A program made the position numbers and the translations under genes. From IMG/VR virus record IMGVR_UViG_3300044730_000687, positions 1 to 52,623 of that record: a stretch of 52,623 bases of DNA. The stretch is one strand, 5' to 3'. Shown piece by piece: positions 43,486 through 52,496 of the stretch. Numbering within the stretch: position 1 is the first letter of the stretch; every line of letters starts with the position of its first letter. The notes beneath the pieces are model-generated. The model saw only the letters and a program-made list of their open reading frames with translations, was not told the origin of the DNA and did not search any database. This stretch comes from a virus (taxonomy: Duplodnaviria > Caudoviricetes).

Positions 43486-44421
43486 TTATGCCACCGTCAC
43501 GTTGACTCGCGCACCAGCAGCCGAGTTCACGGCCTTGATGTCGAAGGACCAATCGAACCCGAACACCTCGCCTCGCCCGTCCTGGGTCGTATAAGCTCGG
43601 GGTCCAAGCCACTGGCCAGTCTGGCGGAAAGTCTTCAGCCACGACGGGTCGGTCCGGGTCGGGATGCTCGACGCCACGAAAATCAGGACGCCGGTATCCA
43701 GCAGGTAGCTGTAGCTCGGGGTGACACCTTCGCCGGCCGTGTCGGCGACCACGTTGCTCACCATGATCTTCGGGTTCCCGATGAACAGGCTCGACGCCAT
43801 CTCCTCGCTCACGTTCGGGATCGCCTTGTTGCCAGCCGCAACGAATCGGGAGCGAACCACGGGAGCGTTCTTGAACCGCTTCCAGGCGGTCGCACCGAAA
43901 AGCAGGCGCGTCTCCATGTTGCCACCGTACGGGACGTTCTGCCGAATCGTGAGAATCCCGGTGTCGATACTGTCCACGATGTCGGTCGTGGCGCTGTTGA
44001 CGTTCACATCGGTCCCGGCACCAGCCGTGGCGAGCGCCAAGTCAATGGCACCCTTCTCGTGACTAAGCATCGCGATTTCGGCCGCGAGGTCAGCCGCTTC
44101 CATCGCGGCATTTAGTCCCACGAGACGCCCTTCCTGAATCTCCGAAGCGTCCAGCGGAACGTCCACACCGTTGATCGTGCAACTGTAGGTGCCGTCGTCG
44201 GCACCAAACCCAACCTGAACGGCCGGGTTGCCCGGGGACCGGCGCGTGTCCGGCAGCCGGAACCGGCTCTTGGCGTTGTAGACCTTGTACCGCCCGACCT
44301 TCGACGCGACCGAAACAGTAGGGGCGAGGAAGTCAGCGACGCGACCAATGCGAAGCTGCGATGCGTTCTGCGCGTATTCGATCAGGACCGGATTTGCGCT
44401 GAGATCAGAAAGTAGGCTCAT
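43486..44421 (-). CDS. Major capsid protein (HK97 fold)
   Basis: NPVL...VADFLAPTVSV...GRYKVY; 311 aa; follows protease and decoration genes. Confidence 0.85.
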   Translation of the reverse strand: MSLLSDLSANPVLIEYAQNASQLRIGRVADFLAPTVSVASKVGRYKVYNAKSRFRLPDTRRSPGNPAVQVGFGADDGTYSCTINGVDVPLDASEIQEGRLVGLNAAMEAADLAAEIAMLSHEKGAIDLALATAGAGTDVNVNSATTDIVDSIDTGILTIRQNVPYGGNMETRLLFGATAWKRFKNAPVVRSRFVAAGNKAIPNVSEEMASSLFIGNPKIMVSNVVADTAGEGVTPSYSYLLDTGVLIFVASSIPTRTDPSWLKTFRQTGQWLGPRAYTTQDGRGEVFGFDWSFDIKAVNSAAGARVNVTVA

Positions 44422-44468
44422 TTGTTATCCTGTTGTAATGTGTGTTGCTGCGTTGTTCTTGGTGCGTG

Positions 44469-44882
44469 TTAGACCGTGACGGTTCGGCCCACAGGTCGAA
44501 TCAGCACCAGCCCGCCGCTCGCCACGTCCGTCTCGGCAATCCCGGGAGACCAGTACGTGTCCGCACCAGCCCCAGTCGAAGTCACCACCTTGCCGAAGCT
44601 ACCCGACAGGTAGACCGCGACACCCGCCACAATCGCGCCGTCCGCCACAACCCGGACGTTCCGTTCCGGACTCAGCGGTCGGATCGCAACGTTTGCGCCG
44701 TCCGCCACGGTTTCGAGCGCGACGAACGGGGTCACGTCCGCAACGTCGGTCGGCAGAATCACGCGCAGCTTGTTGTCGCTCGTGTCGGTCGTGATCTTAA
44801 CGAGATATCCTTCCGTGATGGCACCGGAAGCGGTCGCGACAAGGTCGCCTTCAGTCGTGTTGGTCTGTTTTGCAGAAGTCAT
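44469..44882 (-). CDS. Capsid cement/decoration protein (DUF2190-like)
   Basis: A.GAI.EG.LV, GAIVAGVAVY, GIA. Confidence 0.8.
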   Translation of the reverse strand: MTSAKQTNTTEGDLVATASGAITEGYLVKITTDTSDNKLRVILPTDVADVTPFVALETVADGANVAIRPLSPERNVRVVADGAIVAGVAVYLSGSFGKVVTSTGAGADTYWSPGIAETDVASGGLVLIRPVGRTVTV

Positions 44883-44925
44883 TTTTCAGTCTTTCGATGA
44901 TTGTTTGCGGTTAATCGGTCAGCCT

Positions 44926-46107
44926 TCAGGCGAGCGTCACGTTGTGCTCGGATTCGATCTGGCGCATCGCCTGAATCGTGGCCTCGGCTCGCGTGCATTT
45001 CCGATTCTTCAGGATGTCGTTCACTCGCCCAGAGACCATGAGCGCATACTTCTCGGATTCGTCCGCGTTGCCCTTGTCGATACTGCCCGGGTTCTTACCG
45101 CCGTTGGCATCGCGATTGAACACCGGCTTGCGGTTCGCCCGGTCCAGCGCGCTCTTGTCCGGAGCCTTGCCTTCCGCCGGCTTCTTCAGCCCCTTCAGGA
45201 TGGCAATGGTCCCGTCCCGGTTTGCCAGCAACGCTGTCTTGATTGCGTCGGCATTCTCGATCACGCCGGCATAATTCTTCAGGTCGTTGTCCACCACTTC
45301 CTCGGTCAGTTTCGTGACCCGGTTCTTGGTCGTGTCCAGCTCGCTGGCCGTTGCGGTCAGCCTGTTCTGAACGCCGGTCAGGGTGGCCAACACACCCGGG
45401 ATGTCCCGGTGCGCCGTCGTGAAGGTCCCGACGCTGGCCTCCATGGCCGCGTCGTCGGCGGTCTCGGGAAGACCGAGAAGCCGCGCCAAGAGTGCTTTGT
45501 GATTCATCGTCGTTTTGCCTTGTTCGTTGTTGCGATTCGGAACCGTTATCGGATTCAACCCCTTGTCATTCGGATCATTCGTCAGAGCCACCCGTTCCAC
45601 CTTGCTCGGCCGAAACTTGTCTCGCTCAAGATGCGCGAACCCACACAGCACGGCCGAAGCAAACCGAAAGTCCCCGTTTGTCACGGCTTCCATCCCTTCA
45701 CCCGTCCACTTGCCCCTCGCCCACACACCATCGGGCCGCGCTTCCATCTCGAAAATCCAACATCCTGCCTTGCTCGATTTGCTCGCGTCGTGGCTGAAAT
45801 GGTCGAAGTCCACCAGCATGCCTGGGAACTCCTTACCTTCGGCCGCGTAAGCGTCGCGCTCGGCATTGAACGTCGCGACAATCGAAGCAATGGCCGCGTC
45901 GTCGATTACCTGAACGATTCGCTCGCCGATCATCGGGCCATCGCTGAACCGGCCGGGATGCTCGCCCTTGCTGCTAATCTGCCACCATCCGTCATTCGCG
46001 ATTCGGAATGGAGCCTTACCTTCTCCGTCCTCCTGGCTTCGGTTTGCCACAAGGCACGGAAGGCCCATTGCCCTTACTGACTTTTCGATGAATGGCGTGG
46101 ACTTCAC
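44926..46107 (-). CDS. Mu I-type prohead protease/scaffold
   Basis: LVDFDH, KAGCWI, WT..G...V..G.FRFAS, VALTNDP; scaffold C-terminal half (MNHKALLARLLGLPETA, possible internal start). Confidence 0.92.
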   Translation of the reverse strand: MKSTPFIEKSVRAMGLPCLVANRSQEDGEGKAPFRIANDGWWQISSKGEHPGRFSDGPMIGERIVQVIDDAAIASIVATFNAERDAYAAEGKEFPGMLVDFDHFSHDASKSSKAGCWIFEMEARPDGVWARGKWTGEGMEAVTNGDFRFASAVLCGFAHLERDKFRPSKVERVALTNDPNDKGLNPITVPNRNNEQGKTTMNHKALLARLLGLPETADDAAMEASVGTFTTAHRDIPGVLATLTGVQNRLTATASELDTTKNRVTKLTEEVVDNDLKNYAGVIENADAIKTALLANRDGTIAILKGLKKPAEGKAPDKSALDRANRKPVFNRDANGGKNPGSIDKGNADESEKYALMVSGRVNDILKNRKCTRAEATIQAMRQIESEHNVTLA

Positions 46108-47639
46108 TTTTTCGATTCGACTTGTAGACCTTCCGTGAAACCGTCAACAAGTAATTTTTCAATTATATCGGCTGACTTAGGCTCAACATTCGCGCTTTGT
46201 AGCATGTCGGGAAGCTTTTCGATGAAGCTTTGCAGCGACACCCTGCGTTCGTCCTCGTTTTCAATCCCAAGAACATCCGTGAGGTAACGCATCGCTTCGC
46301 CGCAATCGCCCAAGGCCAATCGCGCCACTTCCTCAAGATCCTGTTCCAATGGATCGTTGGCATCCCGCTTCCGGTTCCGCGCCGTTCCTTCGGCCGGTTC
46401 CTCGCCTTCCTCCGGTTCCACTGCGTTGGATTGTTGGCTTGGTCCTTTGTCGTGCTCCAAGTCCAGGCCCACCAGCTTTTCAGCTTCTTCCTCGTTCACG
46501 CGCCAACCTGCCGACTTCAACGCTCCGAGAATATCCGCGCCTTCCTTCTGGTCCTGCTTCTCGTTGCGCTTGATCGCAAGCCGCACGTAATGCGGCATGC
46601 CTGGAAAGGCTTCGTCCAACCGTGGCTTGGCAATCGCATTGTGAAGGATGTCGGCAATCTGTCCGCCTTCATCCGCCGCGATGTCCTCGAAGGCGTCCTC
46701 GTGCGCTCCCGTTGCTCCGCTGCCAATCCCGGTCGCCTCCGAAAGCATCGTCAACTTCCCGCCCGTCCCGGCCAAAACCAGCATCTTGTCGATGTAATCG
46801 GTGAATCCTGGGAACGGAGTGCTGTCGCTCGATCCTCCACCGAACATCTGGGCCTCGACGCCAACCGGCAGAACACCGCGCCCATTTGACACGTACCGCT
46901 CCAACGTGGCTCGCCATGCCGCCATTTCGTTTGGCGATGGCATGTTGTTTCGGTCCGTCGCCTTCAGGAAGATATTGGGAACGCCAAACGTCCCGACGTA
47001 CGTGGACCAATCGCGCATGGCCAGCGATTTCCTGATCCAATCGAACACGGCCAATTCGTCCAGCGACGACGTTACCTCCCGGCAAACAAAGTGTTCGCCT
47101 TCAACCTCAATCCCGCGATTCGTGTTCATCGCGTCCGGGTTGAACTGCCACTTGAGCGAAGGGAAGTTCTGGCACCAAAACCACTGAGGCACCGGCTCCA
47201 AATGCTTCACGTTGCCGCTCGCGTCATAGTGCTTCTCAAGGTGCGCGTATCCCCTGAATGAAGCTGTGCCTAACCATTTCCATGCGTCGCGCAAGTTGTC
47301 GATTCCGCTGAAGATGCCGTGAATGAATTCCTGTTGCGCTACCGCCTCGGTTTGAACCGATTCATCTTTCGTTGCTTGTTCTGTCAACTCGACTCTCCAC
47401 ACACAACTGCCAAGCGCCGATTGTCTTCGCTCCACCAACGCTTTCATTACGTGTTCCCGTTTCTCGACGTGCGCGTAAAGCCAAGTTAGGTCCGCGTAAT
47501 ATCCTCGTTGTGCAAGCTCAAGAAGATTGACGACTCGCGCCATCGTCAGGTTGCGAAGCGGATTCAGATGGGCGCGGATTGGAGCAATCTGCGGGTCGTA
47601 CAGTTCCGATCCTTCGTCTTGCTTGGTCAAGTTCATCAT
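46104..47639 (-). CDS. Portal protein (DUF935 / Mu gp29-like)
   Basis: RGYAHLE, DW..Y..TFGVP, G.LT...G.GSGA..AHE. Confidence 0.92.
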   Translation of the reverse strand: MMNLTKQDEGSELYDPQIAPIRAHLNPLRNLTMARVVNLLELAQRGYYADLTWLYAHVEKREHVMKALVERRQSALGSCVWRVELTEQATKDESVQTEAVAQQEFIHGIFSGIDNLRDAWKWLGTASFRGYAHLEKHYDASGNVKHLEPVPQWFWCQNFPSLKWQFNPDAMNTNRGIEVEGEHFVCREVTSSLDELAVFDWIRKSLAMRDWSTYVGTFGVPNIFLKATDRNNMPSPNEMAAWRATLERYVSNGRGVLPVGVEAQMFGGGSSDSTPFPGFTDYIDKMLVLAGTGGKLTMLSEATGIGSGATGAHEDAFEDIAADEGGQIADILHNAIAKPRLDEAFPGMPHYVRLAIKRNEKQDQKEGADILGALKSAGWRVNEEEAEKLVGLDLEHDKGPSQQSNAVEPEEGEEPAEGTARNRKRDANDPLEQDLEEVARLALGDCGEAMRYLTDVLGIENEDERRVSLQSFIEKLPDMLQSANVEPKSADIIEKLLVDGFTEGLQVESKK

Positions 47640-47656
47640 GGCTTCGCTCCGGTTTT

Positions 47657-47685
47657 AAGTTGTGCCCCACAAGTCGCCTTTACAA
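47657..47685 (-). promoter_or_regulatory. Possible promoter for the portal/head operon
   Basis: TTGTAA-17-CAACTT just downstream of a terminator. Confidence 0.4.
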
Positions 47686-47691
47686 GCAACG

Positions 47692-47727
47692 AAAAACCCC
47701 GACAAGCGGGAGGAACGCCTGTCGGGG
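47692..47727 (-). terminator. Rho-independent terminator between terL and portal
   Basis: CCCCGACAGGCG/CGCTTGTCGGGG 12-bp stem plus TTTTT. Confidence 0.8.
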
Positions 47728-47794
47728 TCGGGATGCGTGGGGATCTCAGCCCCTGTCGGTATGCACGTCGCGGTTCAATTCATTGGCTCGCCCA

Positions 47795-49198
47795 TCACCA
47801 AGTCAACTGCCGATCTTCACCTCTCACGACTTCTTCAATGTATCCGGTATCTTGCGGTGCCTCGCCCCACGCCGATCCCGCCAATCTCGCGAACGCTCCC
47901 GCAAGGCAATCAACTTGATCGTCCTTCGCGCCATCGGGGAACGATTCGCATTCCGACAGGAAAGCCTCGGTCCAATCCCCTTGCACCACCATCACGTTGC
48001 CAACCTCGACTTGGGGAGACACGACTTCAGCCCTGGCCAATTTGCTTGCCCTTGGGACCGGGTCGAATCGAAGGCCGAGTTCAGGGAGTGTCGTGAGGTA
48101 ATCGTTCGCCTCCACCTTGCCGGCCTGACCTGGGTCGTGCTGAAGCCATTGCTCAACGTTCGGTCCGTCCGACAATGTCGTGTTTCGAATCGCGGCCTTC
48201 ACGTCTCCAGGCGTGCCTTGGAACCTGACAACGTGCGTCACGTAATAGCGCCGATCCATCCCGACGCCCATCCGCAGTCCCACCGTCCAGTCGGGATTCG
48301 GGTTCTTCGATGTCGGTTTCGTTGCGGCTCGATCCCAGTACCGGATGATTCGCGTAAGGCTTTGTGGTGCGGTCGGAACCATCGGGAACCATTCCCTTCG
48401 GAACACCTTGCCGCTTTCGCTCCTCACCTTCCAATCGCCAAGCTCCAACCGTTTCCGAAGCACCAGCGAAAGCGAACGCATCTTTGCGAGGTAAGTCGGA
48501 TCGCTCTGCGTCAGCTTTGGATTGTCCGCCAGCAACGCCGGGATGAACGTGACGCTCAAAGCCCTGTGCTCGCCATAGACCGCCTCGGCCTTTGCCCTGG
48601 TGGGGAACCACACCAAGTCCTCACCGTCCCGCACCATCCATCGAACCTTGCCGGCCTTTGCCGGGTCCGCGAACTGGCCTTCCTCATCCAGCCACCAGCG
48701 AACGAACTTCTTGACCCATGAATCAGCGTCCGGGTTTGTCGTGGCCCTGATTCGTCCCGGGATGCCTGACGTACTGCGCGACCGGCCCAGCATGTTCAGG
48801 AATTGGTCACGGTCGAAGTGCGTCAATTCGTCAAACCCCATGCACGGAATCTGCGCCCCTTGCATCGCGGTCTCGGCGGCGTCGTCCTCCAAATGTCGGA
48901 ACCCAACCCTGAATCCGTTCTTCCATCGCCACTCGCCTTTGCCGGGGAATGGATACCCTCCAGCCGTTGGATACAGTTTGCACGCGCTCGACCACAAACC
49001 GCCAGCCACCCAAATCTGTGCGCCGATTCGACGGAAGATGAGGCTCTCGAAGTCTGGCTCGCGCACGTTCCGCAGCGGGTCCATCAGAAGCGCGAACGTT
49101 TTGCCGCCACCTCCCCCCCCGCCATAAATCACGATGTCGGCTGGAGATTCGAGGAAGTTGGTTTGCGGACCTGCGTTGGCTGCGATGCGTTGCGCCAT
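47795..49198 (-). CDS. terL: Terminase large subunit
   Basis: YGGGGGGGKT Walker A, GFDELTHF Walker B, ATTNP, RYWDRAA, FPDGAKDDQVD. Confidence 0.96.
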   Translation of the reverse strand: MAQRIAANAGPQTNFLESPADIVIYGGGGGGGKTFALLMDPLRNVREPDFESLIFRRIGAQIWVAGGLWSSACKLYPTAGGYPFPGKGEWRWKNGFRVGFRHLEDDAAETAMQGAQIPCMGFDELTHFDRDQFLNMLGRSRSTSGIPGRIRATTNPDADSWVKKFVRWWLDEEGQFADPAKAGKVRWMVRDGEDLVWFPTRAKAEAVYGEHRALSVTFIPALLADNPKLTQSDPTYLAKMRSLSLVLRKRLELGDWKVRSESGKVFRREWFPMVPTAPQSLTRIIRYWDRAATKPTSKNPNPDWTVGLRMGVGMDRRYYVTHVVRFQGTPGDVKAAIRNTTLSDGPNVEQWLQHDPGQAGKVEANDYLTTLPELGLRFDPVPRASKLARAEVVSPQVEVGNVMVVQGDWTEAFLSECESFPDGAKDDQVDCLAGAFARLAGSAWGEAPQDTGYIEEVVRGEDRQLTW

Positions 49199-49201
49199 GG
49201 G

Positions 49202-49552
49202 TCAACAGTACGGCTCGAAATCCCGTGGCAGTATGCAATTCCCCGGTGCATCGTGGAACATTGGCCCAATCTGATCGGGTCGATATCCGGCCAGTCCGCA
49301 CCCGATGGCCACGACGCAAAACTGAGTATCGGGATTCGCTCTGGCGTAGTCGATGAAGTGCCGAACGTGTCCCTCGATCTCGCACAGTTCCATCCGTTCG
49401 ATGTTCCGATCCTTCGTCGGTATCGCGTAAGCGTTGCCGGTCGGACCAAATCCAATGCCCATCTCGGCCCCCCAGTTCAGTCTCGCTTCTCGCGCCGACC
49501 CTGCGCCATGGATGCCGGCAAGATTGCTTCCGAACACAAAACACTTCTTCAT
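49202..49552 (-). CDS. A1S_2505-family macro-domain-like protein
   Basis: FVFGSNLAGIHGAG.A, YAIPTK, IGCGLAGY. Confidence 0.85.
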   Translation of the reverse strand: MKKCFVFGSNLAGIHGAGSAREARLNWGAEMGIGFGPTGNAYAIPTKDRNIERMELCEIEGHVRHFIDYARANPDTQFCVVAIGCGLAGYRPDQIGPMFHDAPGNCILPRDFEPYC

Positions 49553-49812
49553 GCGATGGACCTTTTGACCGTGCCGGCGTTGTCCGCTTCGTAGTGCTGC
49601 TGCGTCTTGTCTGGCTCGCTCGGCAGCTTCCACTCCACGATGGCCGTCGATTGCAGATGCATCGAACCATTCGCGAATCGGATCTTCCGGTTGCGCCATT
49701 CGGCCGCAGCCCGTTCGGCCCCATCCCGCGTCACGGCCAGCCCTTCCACCGTCCAACAGTGGGACCCGACGGGCCGCACCATCACGGCAAACGTGCTTCG
49801 TTCCTCGCTCAC
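49549..49812 (-). CDS. Hypothetical protein
   Basis: AAAGGA SD; coupled. Confidence 0.6.
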   Translation of the reverse strand: MSEERSTFAVMVRPVGSHCWTVEGLAVTRDGAERAAAEWRNRKIRFANGSMHLQSTAIVEWKLPSEPDKTQQHYEADNAGTVKRSIA

Positions 49813-50108
49813 TTCGTTTCCTTTCGTTCCTTGTGCGGTTTGAACTTCACGCGACCGAGTGCCCGTGCGTCAAGGCGTTTTGCTGCCGCCCTGGCCGCTC
49901 GCCTCATGTCCGCCATCGGGCCGGTATCGTGCGATTTCTTTGCCTTCGGTTCCGGTTCAGGTTCCTGCGTTATCTTTTCCAGTCGTCCAACAACCTCCGC
50001 CAGTTCTCGTCGCCGTGCTTCGATTTCGTTCATCTCGCTTCCATAGTTCACGATGCGCGTTTTCAGTTCCTCGATCAGGACCTTGAGCTGTTCAAGTGTT
50101 TCGTTCAC
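49809..50108 (-). CDS. Coiled-coil hypothetical protein
   Basis: Heptad pattern; coupled. Confidence 0.6.
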   Translation of the reverse strand: MNETLEQLKVLIEELKTRIVNYGSEMNEIEARRRELAEVVGRLEKITQEPEPEPKAKKSHDTGPMADMRRAARAAAKRLDARALGRVKFKPHKERKETK

Positions 50109-50191
50109 GGCACGTAAACGATGAGTGCCACGCGGGCGTTGGTTGCCGCCAGGGCATTGACATCCAAAACATTGTTGCGCTTTGTGCTCAC
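50105..50191 (-). CDS. Small 28-aa peptide (not in the ORF track)
   Basis: MSTKRNNVLDVNALAATNARVALIVYVP; GTGA overlaps at both ends. Confidence 0.45.
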   Translation of the reverse strand: MSTKRNNVLDVNALAATNARVALIVYVP

Positions 50192-50439
50192 TTCGCGCCC
50201 TCCACGATCACCGGCACCCCGTGCTGGTCCACGCCCCGGGTCTTGGTCCATCCGCAGTACAGTGTGAGAAACGCCGATGCCGCATGCGCTGCGTCAACCT
50301 CTTGCTTGGATGGCTCCCTGAAAGCCGTGCTGGCGCGGTACATCTCGTACGTTGTCCGGTACGCCCCGCACCGCTGGTCTTTGGTTGTTCCGCAGCCGAC
50401 GAGCAGCAGGGCGAGGAGGAGTGAGAGTGAGCGGATCAC
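50188..50439 (-). CDS. Lipoprotein
   Basis: SLSLLLALLLVGC lipobox; two further Cys. Confidence 0.7.
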   Translation of the reverse strand: MIRSLSLLLALLLVGCGTTKDQRCGAYRTTYEMYRASTAFREPSKQEVDAAHAASAFLTLYCGWTKTRGVDQHGVPVIVEGAK

Positions 50440-50711
50440 GGCTTCCTCCCTTCTGCCCGGGCGATGGCGGCCCGTGCTGCATACCAAGCGAGGTGATCAT
50501 GTTCGGTGGTTGCCATGATTTCCTTCAGTGCGGCCAAAAGCTCCGGAGCCGTTGCGATCAGATTGCAGTTGGCTTCAGATTCCTGATCTCCAGGGTGATG
50601 CACAACCGCCAAGCGCTTTCCCCTGCCAAACACAACTCGTGATTCTGCGTCGAGATCGTTGTAGTCTCCACGGTCGGCTAGCGACCAAGGCCCCGGCGTA
50701 TGTTTTCTCAC
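50436..50711 (-). CDS. Conserved phage protein (HTPGPW...AN..LIA.APELL family)
   Basis: Recognisable motif. Confidence 0.85.
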   Translation of the reverse strand: MRKHTPGPWSLADRGDYNDLDAESRVVFGRGKRLAVVHHPGDQESEANCNLIATAPELLAALKEIMATTEHDHLAWYAARAAIARAEGRKP

Positions 50712-50983
50712 GGCTTCACCTCCCCGATGATGCGATCCAGTTCTTGGCGCAAAGTTTTCATTTCCGACTTCGTCCGTTTCTCTTCGTGCATCAAGTTGTT
50801 CATGACGCTCAGAGTTTCGAGATAGCTGTCTCTTAAGTGGCCGTTGGCTTGCCTGTAGGTTTCAATCAGCGAATCTTTGGCCCCCAAAACTGAGCGGTGG
50901 TTTTTGGTCTTTTCATGGTTGATGAAAGCAAGCGTAAGGACAGCAATCGCAAGAAACGCATTGAGCGCCAGTGATGTTTTCAT
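50708..50983 (-). CDS. N-terminal TM plus coiled-coil protein
   Basis: MKTSLALNAFLAIAVLTLAFI followed by a helical region. Confidence 0.65.
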   Translation of the reverse strand: MKTSLALNAFLAIAVLTLAFINHEKTKNHRSVLGAKDSLIETYRQANGHLRDSYLETLSVMNNLMHEEKRTKSEMKTLRQELDRIIGEVKP

Positions 50984-51177
50984 TTGTCCTTTGCCTCCCC
51001 AATGATGAGGGCCGATGCGGTGCCTTCCCATTTGCAGTCATCGCAACCGGAGCCTCCGCAGTTGGAACACGCGCCTTTCCGTGGGTTGGCTCTCGCGTGC
51101 GATTGATCTGCCTCCTTGTCCGTTGCCGGCACGCCATGAAGCTTTTCAGCGTTTGGTTCTTCGCTTTTTTCCTTCAT
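50980..51177 (-). CDS. Small zinc-finger-like protein
   Basis: CSNCGGSGCDDC.WEG. Confidence 0.6.
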   Translation of the reverse strand: MKEKSEEPNAEKLHGVPATDKEADQSHARANPRKGACSNCGGSGCDDCKWEGTASALIIGEAKDK

Positions 51178-51272
51178 TTCGTTTTCCTGTTTCTTGCTCG
51201 CGCCATTAGTCCGACCGTCACGACCAAAACTAGCGTCCCGATCATTACCATCACCTCGGCTCGCATGTCCAT
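51174..51272 (-). CDS. Small membrane peptide (32 aa, not in the ORF track)
   Basis: MDMRAEVMVMIGTLVLVVTVGLMARARNRKTK; abuts the upstream stop, ATGA downstream. Confidence 0.55.
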   Translation of the reverse strand: MDMRAEVMVMIGTLVLVVTVGLMARARNRKTK

Positions 51273-51908
51273 TTATTTCGCTTCCTTTCCTTGTTCGCGT
51301 TTCCGTTGCGCCAACCTCGCTCGCAATGCCTTGGTCTCGGCCATGTGACAACCCCAGCACAACGTGCGGTACGCATCCAGCGTCTTGGGCTGGCCTCCAC
51401 CCTCCGCCACGGGCACAACGTGGTCCGCCTCCCACCAGCTTGATCCAATGTGGATTGGCCAGCCTTCCGCCTCCATTCGACTCAACCGCGCTTTCAACGC
51501 TCGATCCAATCGTGCGCTCCGTTTCGGCCACCCGGCCATCCAAGCACGGTAAAGCGTTTCCTTCCGCTCCGACCACATCGCATTCGTGTGCCGGTACAGT
51601 AGCCAGCGGCGTTCGTTCGGCTCCCAACGTTTGAACAGGCCCCACTTGCTTTCTCCGTGGTACGCCCGTCGCATGGCTCGCGCCACGTCTCGCCCGCACT
51701 TCACGCACACTTCCTTGTCGCGCTCCCGGAGCCGCATGCGGACGTGCTGCGCGTTGTTCGCGATCATCCATTCCTCGACGCACTTCTCTCCAGCCCACGA
51801 CCGCCGGCCCTTGCCCACGGGCTGGCCGCATCCGCACTTGCACGTCTTGGTTCCGTCTGGCGCGACGGGCGTCTTCCGTGGCGCTGACTTCCTCCTGACC
51901 GTGTTCAT
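51273..51908 (-). CDS. HNH endonuclease
   Basis: RDKEVCVKCG...WEADHVVPVAEGGG...RTLCWGCH. Confidence 0.88.
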   Translation of the reverse strand: MNTVRRKSAPRKTPVAPDGTKTCKCGCGQPVGKGRRSWAGEKCVEEWMIANNAQHVRMRLRERDKEVCVKCGRDVARAMRRAYHGESKWGLFKRWEPNERRWLLYRHTNAMWSERKETLYRAWMAGWPKRSARLDRALKARLSRMEAEGWPIHIGSSWWEADHVVPVAEGGGQPKTLDAYRTLCWGCHMAETKALRARLAQRKREQGKEAK

Positions 51909-52054
51909 GTCTTTTCCTTCCTCGGCCCACGCTTCCTCCCCTTCGGCCATCCCCCCTTGCGTCCGTTGCGCCTGGCGGATGCGGTTTTGGCCTCGGAGGT
52001 TTTCGCTCCACCGAGGCGACCGAGGGACTGGGCTGCTGGGTTCATTGGTTTCAT
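51905..52054 (-). CDS. Small basic KGG-motif protein
   Basis: LGRLGG..TSEAK.ASARRNGRKGGWPK. Confidence 0.75.
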   Translation of the reverse strand: MKPMNPAAQSLGRLGGAKTSEAKTASARRNGRKGGWPKGRKRGPRKEKT

Positions 52055-52260
52055 AGCTCTAAGAAAAGCCGATACTCGGGAGGAGGTCCCACCTTCCAGA
52101 TTCGGGCCTCCTGCCATGGGTTGTCGAGTTCGTGCCGAAATTGAATGGTTGCCCCGACTTCGCTCCCTCGCTCGGAGTATTTGACCCAAGCGCACTCACC
52201 GGGCATTGTCCCGATCTTTACCCATCGGTGGACACCTTTAATGCGATCTTCTCTTGTCAC
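52051..52260 (-). CDS. Hypothetical protein
   Basis: Coupled on both sides. Confidence 0.55.
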   Translation of the reverse strand: MTREDRIKGVHRWVKIGTMPGECAWVKYSERGSEVGATIQFRHELDNPWQEARIWKVGPPPEYRLFLEL

Positions 52261-52478
52261 AGCAAGCCTCCGAGTCCGGCATCTTTGATCTCCGCCTCGC
52301 TCCAGTCCTTGAGCAAATCCTTCCGCATCCTCTCGTTTGCATCCACAAGTTCGCGTAGCATGACTAGCCTTTGATTTTCCAGGTTCGCAAGTTGCTCGAC
52401 AATCTTCTGAACTTCCCACACCGAGTCCGGAGTTCTGCCGGCTTCGGGGAGGCTTTTGAACTTTTCAATGACGCTCAT
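52257..52478 (-). CDS. Hypothetical protein
   Basis: Follows 46..273 across the circular junction. Confidence 0.6.
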   Translation of the reverse strand: MSVIEKFKSLPEAGRTPDSVWEVQKIVEQLANLENQRLVMLRELVDANERMRKDLLKDWSEAEIKDAGLGGLL

Positions 52479-52496
52479 GTTCTTTTTTCCCGGGCT

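Noticed and set aside
49113-49120. G8 tract in the terL Walker A as a phase-variation site
   Set aside because: It is explained by the Gly-rich P-loop; the frame is intact and the gene is essential.
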